The translations under genes were made by a program, and so were the position numbers. The notes beneath the pieces are model-generated. The model did no database searches and was not told the DNA's origin. It saw only the letters and a list, made by a program, of their open reading frames with translations. From Magallana gigas (taxonomy: Eukaryota), in contig NC_088859.1 of assembly GCF_963853765.1 (NCBI RefSeq), positions 26,288,001 to 26,352,000 on the forward strand: a stretch of 64,000 bases of DNA, read 5' to 3'. This document shows, piece after piece, positions 51,402 through 63,036 of the stretch; position 1 is the stretch's first letter, and every line of letters begins with the position of its first letter.

Positions 51402-52913
51402 ACGATATATCGGATTTATTCAAACTAAATTCTCTACAGGAGAATAATCTATCTGTGAGATAAAATTAAATGTTTTATTGCATGAATGCAGAGGAAAGAA
51501 TATACATGTAGTATACTTGAATTTTATTTGATAGCAAAAACTATTGTGGAAACCATATTTAAATATTCATATGATCTCAATAAAATGACCGTGTACTACA
51601 TGTAATTGTTCATGAAACAGTTAGGAGATCTTTCCACCACCAACTACTGCTTTTGTTTTGTTTAAGTATTTTAAGGAAATCCGTGATTTAAAAAAAAAAC
51701 AACAACCTTTCCTCGAGGTGGTAGCAAACGTTCGACCTTTTAATCAGTAGTTGAAGCGTACTGTGCTATAAAATCTGTTACGAAAAGTAAAGTACAATTT
51801 TTTCATCTACTCAATTTTAATGAGGAAGGAAGCACATGGTGATCTCCGGGATCTCCATCTTTGATAACCAAAGTTGTGCCCAGAAGTAAAAACAAATTTG
51901 ATTAATGCATCTGAATAAGTTATTATCTCTAAAATAATTTTAGAAACGTCGCTAGGATGCATAGGGGAAAAAAATACACCAAAATAAACAAAATTGGAAA
52001 TTTGATTTGTATAAAATCTTTTGGGTATTAATGTAATCATGGTTATCAGATTCTATCCTTGTTGCGGATTGGACAACAAGACATAAGCATGCGATTAACA
52101 GAGGCGTTTGATACAATCTATAAACAATACACGACGAAATTCCAATTGTTAGTACATGTATTAGGGTTACGTCTAGATTTCTTATTTGACAGTGTTAGAT
52201 CTTTAATTTTCAAGTTGGACTGACAGAAAATATATGCTTAAAGAACATATTATCCATTTTCAATTGGATCGTTTAGAGGAATCAGGGGGTGGATTTTTTC
52301 TGCATTGAATGATCAAGCACGACAATCAAATCTCAAAAGATGAAACTTTATATCTTTCTTAAGAAATCGTATATACTGTAGGTCTGATCTATGGCACAAT
52401 GTCGCACGAGAGTGTAAGAATGAAGTCTTAATTAAAAAAGTTAAAATCTAGTTACGCGTTACCCGAAGTTGGCGAAGGTGGGGAACAGGTGCCCTTAAAT
52501 CTCTTGTTGTCCTCAGTATACGAGTATGATAGATCTGGGTGCCAAGAATAGTTTTAAGTAAAATGTCAAGTGAAAGGTTAAGGACACTCTAGGGAGTTAC
52601 GACCCCTCCGAAGCATATAATTAGAAACCTACATAACACGACAGCTTTTCAATAAAACTTTTGAATAACCTTGGCCTGTGACCTTGACCTTTTAGCATGC
52701 AGAAAGGTCAACGAAACCATTGCCTTGTGTCTCTAATAGTGTCTCTAATAGTTTTCATTTATGGATTTCTTGCGAAATTCTTAATAATTTCAAAGACAGT
52801 TAATTCTTAGCCGGGAGTACGAAACCATTTGTCTTTGAGAGATGCACTAAAGGTGAGACTGAGAACATCCGTTAGGTTTCGTGCAGACAAGTGTCACTGT
52901 TTACGAGGAGTAG

Positions 52914-53073
52914 CGAAAACATTAAAGTACGCCGCAATGCATTCGAGATTTGACCCTGCGTCTTGGAAACACCTCACTTTTCCGGCACGAGGTTCGATAG
53001 TTCGGAAAAGTGAGATGTTTCCAAGACGAAGGGCCAAATCTCGAATGCATTGCGACGTACTTTAATGTTTTCG
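52914..53073. repeat. Long palindrome: 71-bp arms, 4 mismatches, 18-nt loop
   Basis: cgaaaacattaaagtacgccgcaatgcattcgagatttgaccctgcgtcttggaaacacctcacttttccg / reverse complement at 53003-53073. Confidence 0.92.
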
Positions 53074-53469
53074 ATAAGTCTTGATCGCGAAACAAAAATT
53101 ACTTCGCAGAAGAAAAATGATAAGTGGAAAGAGAACAAGATTAATAGTTATTTTCACTGTGGTGTGAAGACATAACTTTGAGTACAATCAATTGATGAAA
53201 GAAAGAAATAAAGTTATAAGGCTAAAGGCTTTTTCTTTTAAAATTCTGCCCCCCCCCCCCAATTTAATACGTGTAGAGGTGATAATATATAGAAATGGTA
53301 TATATAGTATATATGAACATAGCATCGTACTCAAGGTACTCTGTAGATCACCCTCACCACACCAGTAACAATTTGTTGACCATAAACAATTAGAGATCTG
53401 TACTGTTTAGCTTGTAATCGATCGAACTACTGACAGTCAAAGTTTGACTGACTATTGAAAGTACCTTAA

Positions 53470-54277
53470 CGAGGCCGAGTACAGAACGAGTACGCACGCT
53501 TTCGCGCAGCGTTTCATTTGTATTGTGACGTCATCTTTTTGCTTTGTTGACGCCATGGCGTGATAGTTTCAACTGCAGATATTCAGCGAAATTTGTTGAA
53601 AATAGCTCGTTTGATGCGTAAAATTGATATTTTATTGTGGAATAAACATTAATGTCTCAAAGTATAAGCTATATTTGGGCTCGGGTCGAAAACGTGAAGA
53701 GGGTTCAGCAAGCCTAGCCCTCTGTCACGTGTTCTTAACCCGCCTAAATATTGCTTAATTCATTTATTTCAAGACATTAACCATGTATTTTATATTAATG
53801 ACCCTTAATATGTGATGTTATATATTTATTTATTACTTAAAAAATATGTCTGAATGTTTTAATAATACAATAAAGATCACCACTTCCGTCTTTGTCGAAT
53901 AAAAAATAGTCATTATCTGACAAAATGGGAAATTGGGCATACAATAAATAACTTTGATAAGACCCCTGGAACAAACCAGGAGGTAAAAGGTTTTTTTTAT
54001 TTGACCATTTGATGCCTTTTAGCAATAGTTTTAATATGTAGAACAGAAAAATAAATCCCTAAGGCAGAAGTTTAAAAAATGTGCAAAATTGGTACATTTC
54101 AAGCAAAATCCCATAGGGTCCTATGTTAAAAATTAACCAACTTTGAGATGGCCCCTTAAACAAACGGTGTGGTAAATGTCTTATTTTTTTATCTTAAAAT
54201 AATAATTATATCAGTTGAAATTCTTGTCAAAAATTTCATTCAAAAATCTAGGGCAGAAAAAATTATACCCGGCCTCG
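53470..54277. mobile_element. 808-bp TTAA-flanked non-autonomous DNA element containing a degenerate palindrome (53649-53780)
   Basis: ttaa|CGAGGCCGAGTACA ... TATACCCGGCCTCG|ttaa (12/14 TIR match; TTAA at 53466-53469 and 54278-54281). Confidence 0.75.
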
Positions 54278-54901
54278 TTAAATAGTTGTAAGACACTATA
54301 AACATTGGGAATTAGTGACTATTTCTGTTTTATCAACAGTTTTCTATCGTGATCTATTTATTTAAAAATTTGCTTTATTATTAATAGTAATCACATACTG
54401 TAGTCTGCGTGTGTTTATTTCCTTGATTGGTTTTGCTTTATTTAGAATGTAAGGATTCCTATCCAGTGTGAACATTCGTCTCTATATTCGCTTTGTAAAT
54501 ATGAAAAACACGGGGTACCAAATCTAGACCGAACTTTCCTCACCTAAAGTATATAAATGAAGTCATTATCTCCAGATAATCTGGAATTAGAGATATATCC
54601 GTTCGAATCCGAGTATGTTGTCATTTGTATTTCGTCATAATTTAGCTGAATTGATATTAAATTCAAAAGGTAACGGAATTTTAAAATTTCATATCTAATA
54701 AATATGAACTTACGTATTTATAGCTTTGATGATTTTGCGAAAAAATACGTTTTCTTATTTTGCGTTCCAATTTGTTAAAGAAATAGTCAACATGCAGTAA
54801 TTGGTTCCATCAAAGTGGGTTATAAGCCAGTTAATTGTTACATACACATGTACGGAAATGAAACTCTTTCTTTTTGTAGTTCATGCGGGAATAATCTTTA
54901 A

Positions 54902-55774
54902 GGGTGTTGTTTACTCAGGGTTTGAGTTCTCAAATTCGGACTGTTATAAAGTTCAATGTAATGAGTAAAATTTGTTCAAAACAAAAAAAGTATTAAAATT
55001 GACAAAACATTTGATATTTTTACTTTATTACGGAATTAGGCTCCAACAAAAATAGACTTTTAGCCAAACAGAGGAAATTCGGACTAAATTTTGCAGATTT
55101 TGTATTCCGCTAAAAAAATTTTGGCAGTACTCTAATATTAAAAGTTCAGATTTTATATTTTAGTCTATCTAATTTTTCATATTTTCTGCTGGTTTTACCT
55201 TACTTATTCATTAAAATAATTGTATGGCACGAATTGCGAAAATAATAAAAAATGCTTAAAAACGATAAAAGACACCATATCTCAAAATTTTGATCATTGA
55301 CCTCATATAAATTTTATGCCAACAAAATAAGGTCAATAAAAGTAGTTCAATGCTATAAATGTTTTTGTATTATCATCATTCATTTTTTGTAAACTTAGAT
55401 CAAAAATGGGTAGGAATTTGAAAACTGATAGAGGAAATCCGGACTGGAATATTTTTTCGAATTGTCGCTGAAATCTTAATGTTTTGTACCTATTTAGTGC
55501 CACTGCCATTCATAAAATGTATTACATTTTTTAAAGTGTTTTATTATTTGAAATATATTTACAATTAAGAAAATTTCAATTGTAGTGTAAAATTTTATGG
55601 GATTTTTCTTGATTTTTCAAAAAATATTCAATGGCCATTTATTAAAAAAGTAGGTCATTGACCTACTTTTTTGAATGTGAAAAATAACACTACAATCAAA
55701 GGTCTATAACATACAATAGATGGGGTTTCATTATCATCAGTGGAATTTTTTTTCATTCTGAGTAAACGTCATTC
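54902..55774. mobile_element. 873-bp TTAA-flanked element with RR termini (Kolobok-like), non-autonomous
   Basis: ttaa|GGGTGTTGTTTACTCAG ... CTGAGTAAACGTCATTC|ttaa. Internal GAAAT(T/C)CGGACT-type repeats at ~54933, 55075 and 55435. Confidence 0.7.
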
Positions 55775-55866
55775 TTAATAGCAAGAATTCTAGAAATCAA
55801 AGTACTGAAGTACTTAAAGCCGGGCTCTTTTGGTGTGTCTTTATGCATATTGTGTAGTAAAGACTG

Positions 55867-55870
<4 letters not shown>

Positions 55871-55924
<54 letters not shown>
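55871..55924 (+). repeat. (TC)27 microsatellite
   Basis: Pure TC run, 54 nt. Confidence 0.97.
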
Positions 55925-55926
<2 letters not shown>

Positions 55927-56479
55927 GCTTTTAATGTCGGCAAAGCATCAGAGAGCGACCAAATTTTGTAAGCGGCTATGAAAATTTGTCTGTCTAGTAG
56001 AAGTTTAACAGTTGCTGCCTTGAATTTCACAACAAGCAGTTATATTCAACCCCCGTTTCTTCATCGCTCAGCAAAGTAGTTCAAGGAAATTTATGCGCAT
56101 TGTATGTGTCCAAAATGCATAGTAATGTTTTAAAAACACGTTATTAATAAGAAAACTAAAAAAAGATAGACAATTCATTCGAAATTTAAAAAAAAAGAAA
56201 CAAAATCCCAACACTTTTGACAAAACGTGGCTCTTTGTGTAACTATTTGGTATAGCGGAAGCTTTACCTTGACGCTGTTTGGTTTTTTGTTTATTTGTGC
56301 TATTTATAGTAACATTGGCGATTTGCCTGCCTATAGCCCGGCTAAAAATCATATCTTGCGATAGCCTTATAGAAATTACAAAAATGGCAGACTAACATAA
56401 AAAACACTAATTGCATTTTGTGTATTAAATTTTTCTGACAGGAAACTGCTCGTACATTTATGATAAACGCCGTTTATAT

Positions 56480-57240
56480 TTCAGATCTGTAAAGCATAGT
56501 TAACGCAATCATCTGTGTTTCAGAATGTAAAACTATAATTAACACTGAAAACAACCATATGCGACTACAAAACATAGTTTACCTGATAAATATAGTTTCA
56601 TGGTTGTAAAACTATGATTAACAACGTTTATCCATAGTAACCGTATGTAAATTATAGTTTACAGATGTGAATCTATTTTCAATCAGAATAATCTATTGTA
56701 AAAGTTATTTGCATAGAGGCGAACTTAGATTATCATTCGTTTACAGCTGTTAAATATAGTGTTACAGCTGAAAACTATAGTTGATCGACTGTTGACTATA
56801 GTTTATGCCGTTAAGCTTTATTTTACATCTGTAAACCATAGTTTACGTGGTCATCTTATTTATCAGCAAAAGATGTTGATAACGAAATTTGGAAACAGAT
56901 AAAACTTAAATTATTATCAGTAAAGTATAGTTTGCAACCATTAAGTATAATGTTACATATGAACTGTTACTTACAAATCTTACAATTCATGTATGGAAAA
57001 AATTATTATTCAAAACTCAATTAACCCTTGTAATATTATATTTTATAGATGATTTGTGTTAATCTTTGTATTTTGGAGAGGGTTTATATAGATTTAGCTT
57101 GTTGTCCAGTCCTTTGGAATCATTAATAAAATATGTTTAAATTACATGTAAATTAAATACAAATGAAAACTAACGATTCGTTAAACATACACATGTAGTT
57201 TGCAGCAGATCGTAAACTATAGTTTACAGTCGATAAACCT
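56480..57240. repeat. Degenerate minisatellite-like array built on the palindromic core GTAAACTATAGTTTAC
   Basis: Many variants (aaactatag, catagtttac, tatagtttacag, gtaaaccatagtttac); perfect core at 57212-57227. Confidence 0.6.
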
Positions 57241-57947
57241 ACTTTATTAATTTTGAAACTTTGTTTAGCTCATGTGTATGAATGTGGCGTGCCATAATGT
57301 TGGGTCCACCTTCTTATACTCATATATTATAATGATCTTCAATATTTTTAGATATTCCAACTATAATTTTACCCCCCACCCCCACCTTTCTAAGTTTTAT
57401 TCACCCGGCAAAACTCGTATACGCTTAGTTCATTATGGCATTATTGTGATTCAGTAGGGAACATTGTAGTAAAAGACATACTTCAACACCTCAAACTTAT
57501 TTGGGTTCTTTTGGGTAAATAGACGAATTCAATATTCATATTGTAGGTAAGCATTTTTATGCTTATAGAGTCTATTGACCATTCTTTAGGTAAATATATA
57601 TGTATATTTAACAACTTTGTTATTATTATAAGAACTATTTTAGTTTAGTAACTTAATTTAGTTTAATAACGTTATTCACCTGAGAATCAAGTTGTGAGCA
57701 TGCATACATGTATTTTCACTTTGTTGGCCTCAATGTTTTTGTCAATACACAGGCATGACTGTGATCAATACAACTCACATTGACTTGTGTAGAAAAATAA
57801 ACGCCGTTAAAAAGAATAATTCGAATAAAATTTCCTCCGAGGTACTTACCTTTTAACTGTTTCCCCTATAACCCATATACATGTACGTAATCCGTCTATA
57901 CAGATATATTAATTAATCAAAAAATAAAATGTTTCAGGAGTAACGCA

Positions 57948-60210
57948 ATGGCATTATCTAAGCCATTTGTTCCTGATACGGGACAGGAGAAATTTGTGAT
58001 TGCTCAGATCTATTTGGAGTGTGGCACTGAAGACTGTAAGAATAACTGTCAGTTTTACTGCAATGATTGTCACCAACCAATGTGTGAACAATGCAGAGAT
58101 CACAGGGGCCAAGCCCGTTTTAACATTAATTTCAATGTAACCATAAATAAAGAAAGGGGTCGAACTCTGGCCCAAATAAAAAACTACCAGCTCGCTTCAA
58201 AAGCCTAATAAATCAGTTAATTTTTAAAACACTCGCAATATGCATGTATTTTTCGGAAAAGTAATGTCTGAGATACACTCATGCCGAATTTTAAGTTGAT
58301 GGGTCTTAAAATAGCGGAGATATACGTCATAATTCTCTCGAAATCGCCAGTTTATTTTTACTCGGACATTTACCGGTCCAGGGCTCACGATGGGATTTTG
58401 CCTCTGACAACAGCAGTATTGCAACAAGTCGAGAAACATTCGCACTAATCTTTTAAAATCTTACATCAAATGCACGCTACTTACATACAAAAACTCCGAT
58501 AAAATTCCTTAAATACTCTCCATACTGAACTTTTATTCTGCAACCACATAGACTTCTGACAGGGCCAGCCATTTTGATGTCTTCGAGAACGACTGATACT
58601 GATTGGACCATCAGGAATATTAACCAATGAAATTGAGTTTAACATTAGCTATCACAATGAAGAACCATGAAGTGGTCCCTTAAAGACAACACAAAATACA
58701 ACTTCCAGTGGAGAAATGCACAGATCATCCGAATAAAGATATAGACATTCTCTGTGAGGACTGTCAAGTTCCCATATGTTCTAAATGTGCAATACAAGAC
58801 CACAGAAGACACGCCCTGAATGATTTAGAGACAATTTATTCAGAGGGATTCACTCTTTGCCTAGACAAGATCTATAAAATTCATCAATCCTTAAAAGATA
58901 TAGATCTCCCAACTTCTCAAGATATACAAAAAGATATTGTAAATGATGCCAAAGAAATCAAAACAAATATGGATAATATAAGAGAATCACTTAAGTTGGA
59001 AGCTGAAACTCTTAAAAGTCTCATAGACACAGTGACATCAGAAGATATAGAAAAAGTCAACAAAATGGAAGAGTCACTAATGGAGCAACTTCAGAGCCAA
59101 GACAACACATACAAAGATTACATCTCCTATCTTGAGGGGCTTGTCAAAGAGTTCAGTGGCTACCTTTCCTATACTAAACTTCAAAACAATCCGCTCATTT
59201 TCTCGCTTGCTGACCGCCTTAATATCCAACCTATACCAGAAACTGCCAAACCAGTCTCTCCCGTATTTACAGCTGGTCAATACAGCAAGGAAGATGTCAC
59301 TAAACTACTAGGTAGAGTAATTATTCCAGATATAAAACCAGAGATCAGAGAAATAAAGCCCTCAGAAACTACCTCTACAGAGTTGAAACCTAAAGATAAA
59401 CAAACTCTCTCTCTGTCCTCTGTCACCAAGATGAGGGAGTTTAAAGTACCAGGTGTCGGCAGTGCACATCATATGTCATTAGATAAAATGGACAGCGTCT
59501 GGGTCAGTGATTGGATAGGTAATCTTGTTCATGCAGATCTACAGGGGAATCAACTAAAGAAAATACAAACCAGTGGTAGACTTGAAGGCTACCACACAGT
59601 TACCCAGGACGGGAATCTGATCTATACAGACAAAGACAGCAAATTCATCAATAAAACTACACCATATAATTATAAAACTACTAAATTCATTGAAACAGGA
59701 GACTGGACACTAATCAGCATACACTCCTCCCGCATTAACGGGGACATACTGGTGGGGATGAAAAAAAGTGGAGAGGCTGAAGTCACCAGGTACAACAAGA
59801 CAGGAGAGGAAATACAGAACATACAGAGAGACAAAGATGGACAGGAACTTTATAGGAATCCAAACTACATCACAGAAAACATCAATGGTGATATCTGTAC
59901 ATCAGACTATGACAAAGAAGCTGTAGTAGTGGTGAACAAATCGGGACAACACAGGTTCTCCTACACAGGTCCGTGGTCTAAGTTTTGTCCTTGCGGAATC
60001 TGTACCGATATCCTTGGACACATCCTTGTGTCGGATAGTATTAGCAATGCATTTCATATTCTGGATCAGGACGGTCAGTTCTTGTGTGTGCTTCTCACAG
60101 AGAAACAAGGGGTGAAGCGCCCCCGTGGGGTGTGTGTGGATGAGGAGAACAAACTCTATGTGGGACAAGGTCTCATCAACGAAGTGACAGTATACGAGTA
60201 TCTGCAGTGA
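57948..60210 (+). pseudogene. Disrupted paralog of the 49529 B-box/CC/NHL gene
   Basis: MALSKPFV...CNDCHQPMCEQCRD matches the paralog N-terminus, then ~550 bp of foreign sequence. Homology resumes at AAGAACCATGAAGTGGTCCCT, followed by TAA (58681-58683) where the paralog has TAT. The rest is open to TGA 60210 (B-box2, CC, NHL intact). Upstream acceptor tttcag|57938. Confidence 0.8.
58105..58650. mobile_element. Unclassified ~550-bp insertion in the TRIM-NHL paralog
   Basis: Absent from the paralog. Bounded by the direct repeat ATCACA (58099-58104, 58651-58656). No clear TIR. About 20 nt of paralog-equivalent coding sequence is missing at the junction. Confidence 0.6.
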
Positions 60211-61205
60211 TGATCTTTACTGTGTAAAGAATTCTTCTTTTGTTGAAAGTACATACCCTCGGTTCCCATTTCATTGTTTAAATCTAGATTGATTATCTAA
60301 TAAAACAAACTTTTATTGTGTTTATTAGAATTATCTGTTTCTGAAAAGAATATTATGTAAAACTATTGTTTTTCATATCAAGATCAAATAATGTTTTATA
60401 GAAGTGAAATGTTGCTTTTGATAACGGAAATTTTACACGATTCACACATTTTTCATTCTATAAAGGACGTCATCAAATAAACAATTAAAAGATTCAAACG
60501 TACAATTTTTTGTGAATAACCAAATTCTTACGAAAAACTCGTACACCAATTTGTGAATAGGTCCCCAGTCCCACTCCGCATCTTTAACACCAGGATATGA
60601 TATATAGTTAGTTTAGGAGGAATTGTCCTTGTGTTTACCAAATCGTTTTGAAATACCTAGTACATGTATGTATAAAAAGATACAATATACATGTACAAAT
60701 ATATTTATTAGGTGTATATATACACACATACACTTTGATTCAGCAAACGAGATTTGGTTCTTTTATGAAACCAGCGCTGCGTACGTGATTTATACATTTT
60801 CAAAGCAATTCGATATCGCAGGAGAAATGTTGAAATGTAACTTGACATTTCTTAAGCAGAAAAAAAAATGTAAAATCCCAAATTGGTTTCAAATTATCGA
60901 CAATATGGACTGCGCTGTTTAACATAAGGATGAAAGGAAAGGAAACAAATACAAACTTGGAGTTGGTTTTCGTGTTTGTTTCGATGGAAAGTACGTGACA
61001 AACTTAAATTCTTCCGTATCTCGATCCTTTGTTATGGATATCAAAGTGCAAAGTTGTTGAAAATTCGACGATTGATTCACAAGAACTGTACGTTTGCAAA
61101 CCTCCCTTTCCGAAGTTGAGGAAAGTGATTTCAAAAATCTCTGAGGCAAGTAATATAACTTCATCAGTAATGAAATATCTCAAGAATATTTAAAAAGTGA
61201 GTTTA

Positions 61206-61325
61206 ATTTCTACGTATGTTATACGAAATAACATAACTTGGGACAGATTACGCTTTATAATCCGGTTTATAAAAAAGCGCAAACTGTCCCATGTTATGCT
61301 ATACTCTTATGACATACGTAGAAAT
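61206..61325. repeat. Imperfect palindrome (~55-bp arms centred on tccgg ~61261-61265)
   Basis: atttctacgtatgttata...ataacttgggacag...cgctttataa / ttataaaaaagcg...ctgtcccatgttatg...tatgacatacgtagaaat. Confidence 0.8.
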
Positions 61326-61573
61326 CAAATTTATTCCTTATAATTCAATTCTTTTACGACTAAAATCAGAAAACAATGCCCATTAAATAGTAAAATAACG
61401 TTAATTTGTACAAAAAGTAAACATAACGTCAAGCGAACGTGTTAGTTTATAACTTTAGACCATATACTGGTATCCCAGAAGCTGTTCAATAGTTGGTTTT
61501 ATAGAATTAAATATTCTTATTTGTGAATTTCATCACAATTATGCATATAAATAGATGATGTCTATACTTAAAC

Positions 61574-61710
61574 AATAAAATGCTTTCTTTGGTGATTCAT
61601 GCGGGATATGAAGGTAGCGACATTGCAGGAAAAATACATATATGTAAATTTTTCCTGCAATGATCGCTACCTTCATAACCCGCACGAATCATCAAAGAAA
61701 GCATTTTATT
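61574..61710. repeat. Long palindrome (~65-bp arms) heading an element that extends to ~62040 with two GACCAATCGATAAA(C/T)AGGGCGTG direct repeats
   Basis: aataaaatgctttctttggtgattcatgcgggatatgaaggtagcgacattgcaggaaaaatacat / reverse complement. Direct repeats at ~61908 and ~61982. Confidence 0.88.
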
Positions 61711-62690
61711 ATTTATATTAACATCTTTCTTTAACTAATTAATAAACTGATTATGGAAAAGTTAGTAAAATTCACTAAATTACTGTTAATGTACAAAAGT
61801 ACGTTAGTTAACAGAAACAGCCAAATCGTCTCCTGTGAGACTTTGAGTCTGGCATCGTCATGATTATTTCGTGCAGTCAGGGATTTTACTAAGGTCGCTG
61901 TAGGTTCAGACCAATCGATAAACAGGGCGTGTCAATTTCAGTCCTGTCAGTATCTTGTCAGTTTCAGCCGCTGTAGATTTCGACCAATCGATAAATAGGG
62001 CGTGCAGATTTCAGTCTGGCTGTTTCTATAGAGCTATGAATTAACTATAAGTTGCCGTAAGAAATATAGAAAATTATGCTTGGTAGATGTAAATATATGT
62101 ATTTGCATATCATTTCTTAACACACTTTACAGTAGCAGTTTCATACCCGGTGGATAGCCAGTTTATAACGTTAGCTACATGTATTAGTCCTCGGGGAAAA
62201 ACTACTATAGGAGAATTACTCCTATATTTCCTGCAAAAATGAATGAATGAATAAATAAATAAATGAATGAGTAGTGATAAAAATAAAATAAAATGAATTA
62301 AAAAAAAATAAGAAGAAAACTTTAAAATTGATAAGAAAAAAATAAATAAAGCAAATTTTTTTTAAAAAATACATGTGGCATGGAAACATTTATACTATAT
62401 GTGTATACATATATAGTGTCTCTTTCTCATGAAATAGGAAGTTAATTTTCAAGTCATTCAATTTCTGAAAATTATGTCACAATACTCATATAAATGTATT
62501 AATTAGATCTTATACAATTTCAAGTTATCCAGGTTTTTGGGTGTCGTCAGTGATTCGGGTTATTAGGATAGCTAGTCCCACTTTAGTGTCACATGACAAC
62601 AAAATGGAGTATGACGGAGAAATAGTGGTATTCTGTTCATTCGGTTCAGTTTAGAAATTAAGCACTGCTGGATAAAGTCAAGTGTAAAGA

Positions 62691-62738
62691 ATGGCCGGAA
62701 ATACCTTGACGGAGGCTGGAGCATCCTATTCTAAGGCG
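62691..62738 (+). CDS. Candidate first coding exon (MAGNTLTEAGASYSKA) of a gene continuing beyond the window, or an exon relic inside the adjacent palindromic element
   Basis: aagaATGGCC context, 16 codons, strong donor GCG|gtaagt. Upstream GTCACATGAC (62588-62597) and AAAATGG promoter-like motifs. No downstream exon recognised. Confidence 0.35.
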
Positions 62739-62867
62739 GTAAGTATTTATATTGTATATCCAGCAAGCCAACCAATTTCTGCACATTGTACGAGTTGTAT
62801 TTACCTGTTTACACACGAGTTGATGAATACTTGATCACTGTTAATAAATCAATTTTAATCAACCACA

Positions 62868-62942
62868 GGCGCTTGTTTCATACAGGAGGTCTATTAGCTA
62901 TACACTGTATAGTTAATAAACCTCCTGTATGAAACAAGCGCC
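62868..62942. repeat. 75-nt hairpin: 36-bp arms, 3-nt loop, 2 mismatches
   Basis: ggcgcttgtttcatacaggaggtctattagctatac-act-gtatagttaataaacctcctgtatgaaacaagcgcc. Confidence 0.9.
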
Positions 62943-63036
62943 CGTGCATGAAACTAAGAAACTGTAATACAAGAAAAATATAAGAATGAATCAACACTAT
63001 ACGACATTTCTTTTTCCAGTATAATACATTGTATTC

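Noticed and set aside
52829-53065. 78-aa ORF across the palindrome
   Set aside because: TTG start and no domain; a by-product of the palindromic repeat.
54590-54612. GTTCGAATCC B-box suggesting a tRNA
   Set aside because: No A-box at a suitable spacing and no cloverleaf.
56480-57240. CRISPR-like appearance of the spaced palindromic repeats
   Set aside because: Eukaryotic context, irregular and degenerate units, no unique equal-length spacers and no cas genes.
58135-58648. Removal of the TRIM insertion as a GT-AG intron
   Set aside because: Joining aat|gtaacc to ttag|cta gives CTA TCA CAA TGA, out of frame with the downstream ORF, and the TAA at 58681 would remain.
60919-61164. 81-aa minus-strand ORF next to a palindrome (possible recombinase relic)
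   Set aside because: No recognisable tyrosine-recombinase or transposase motifs; cannot be supported without a search.
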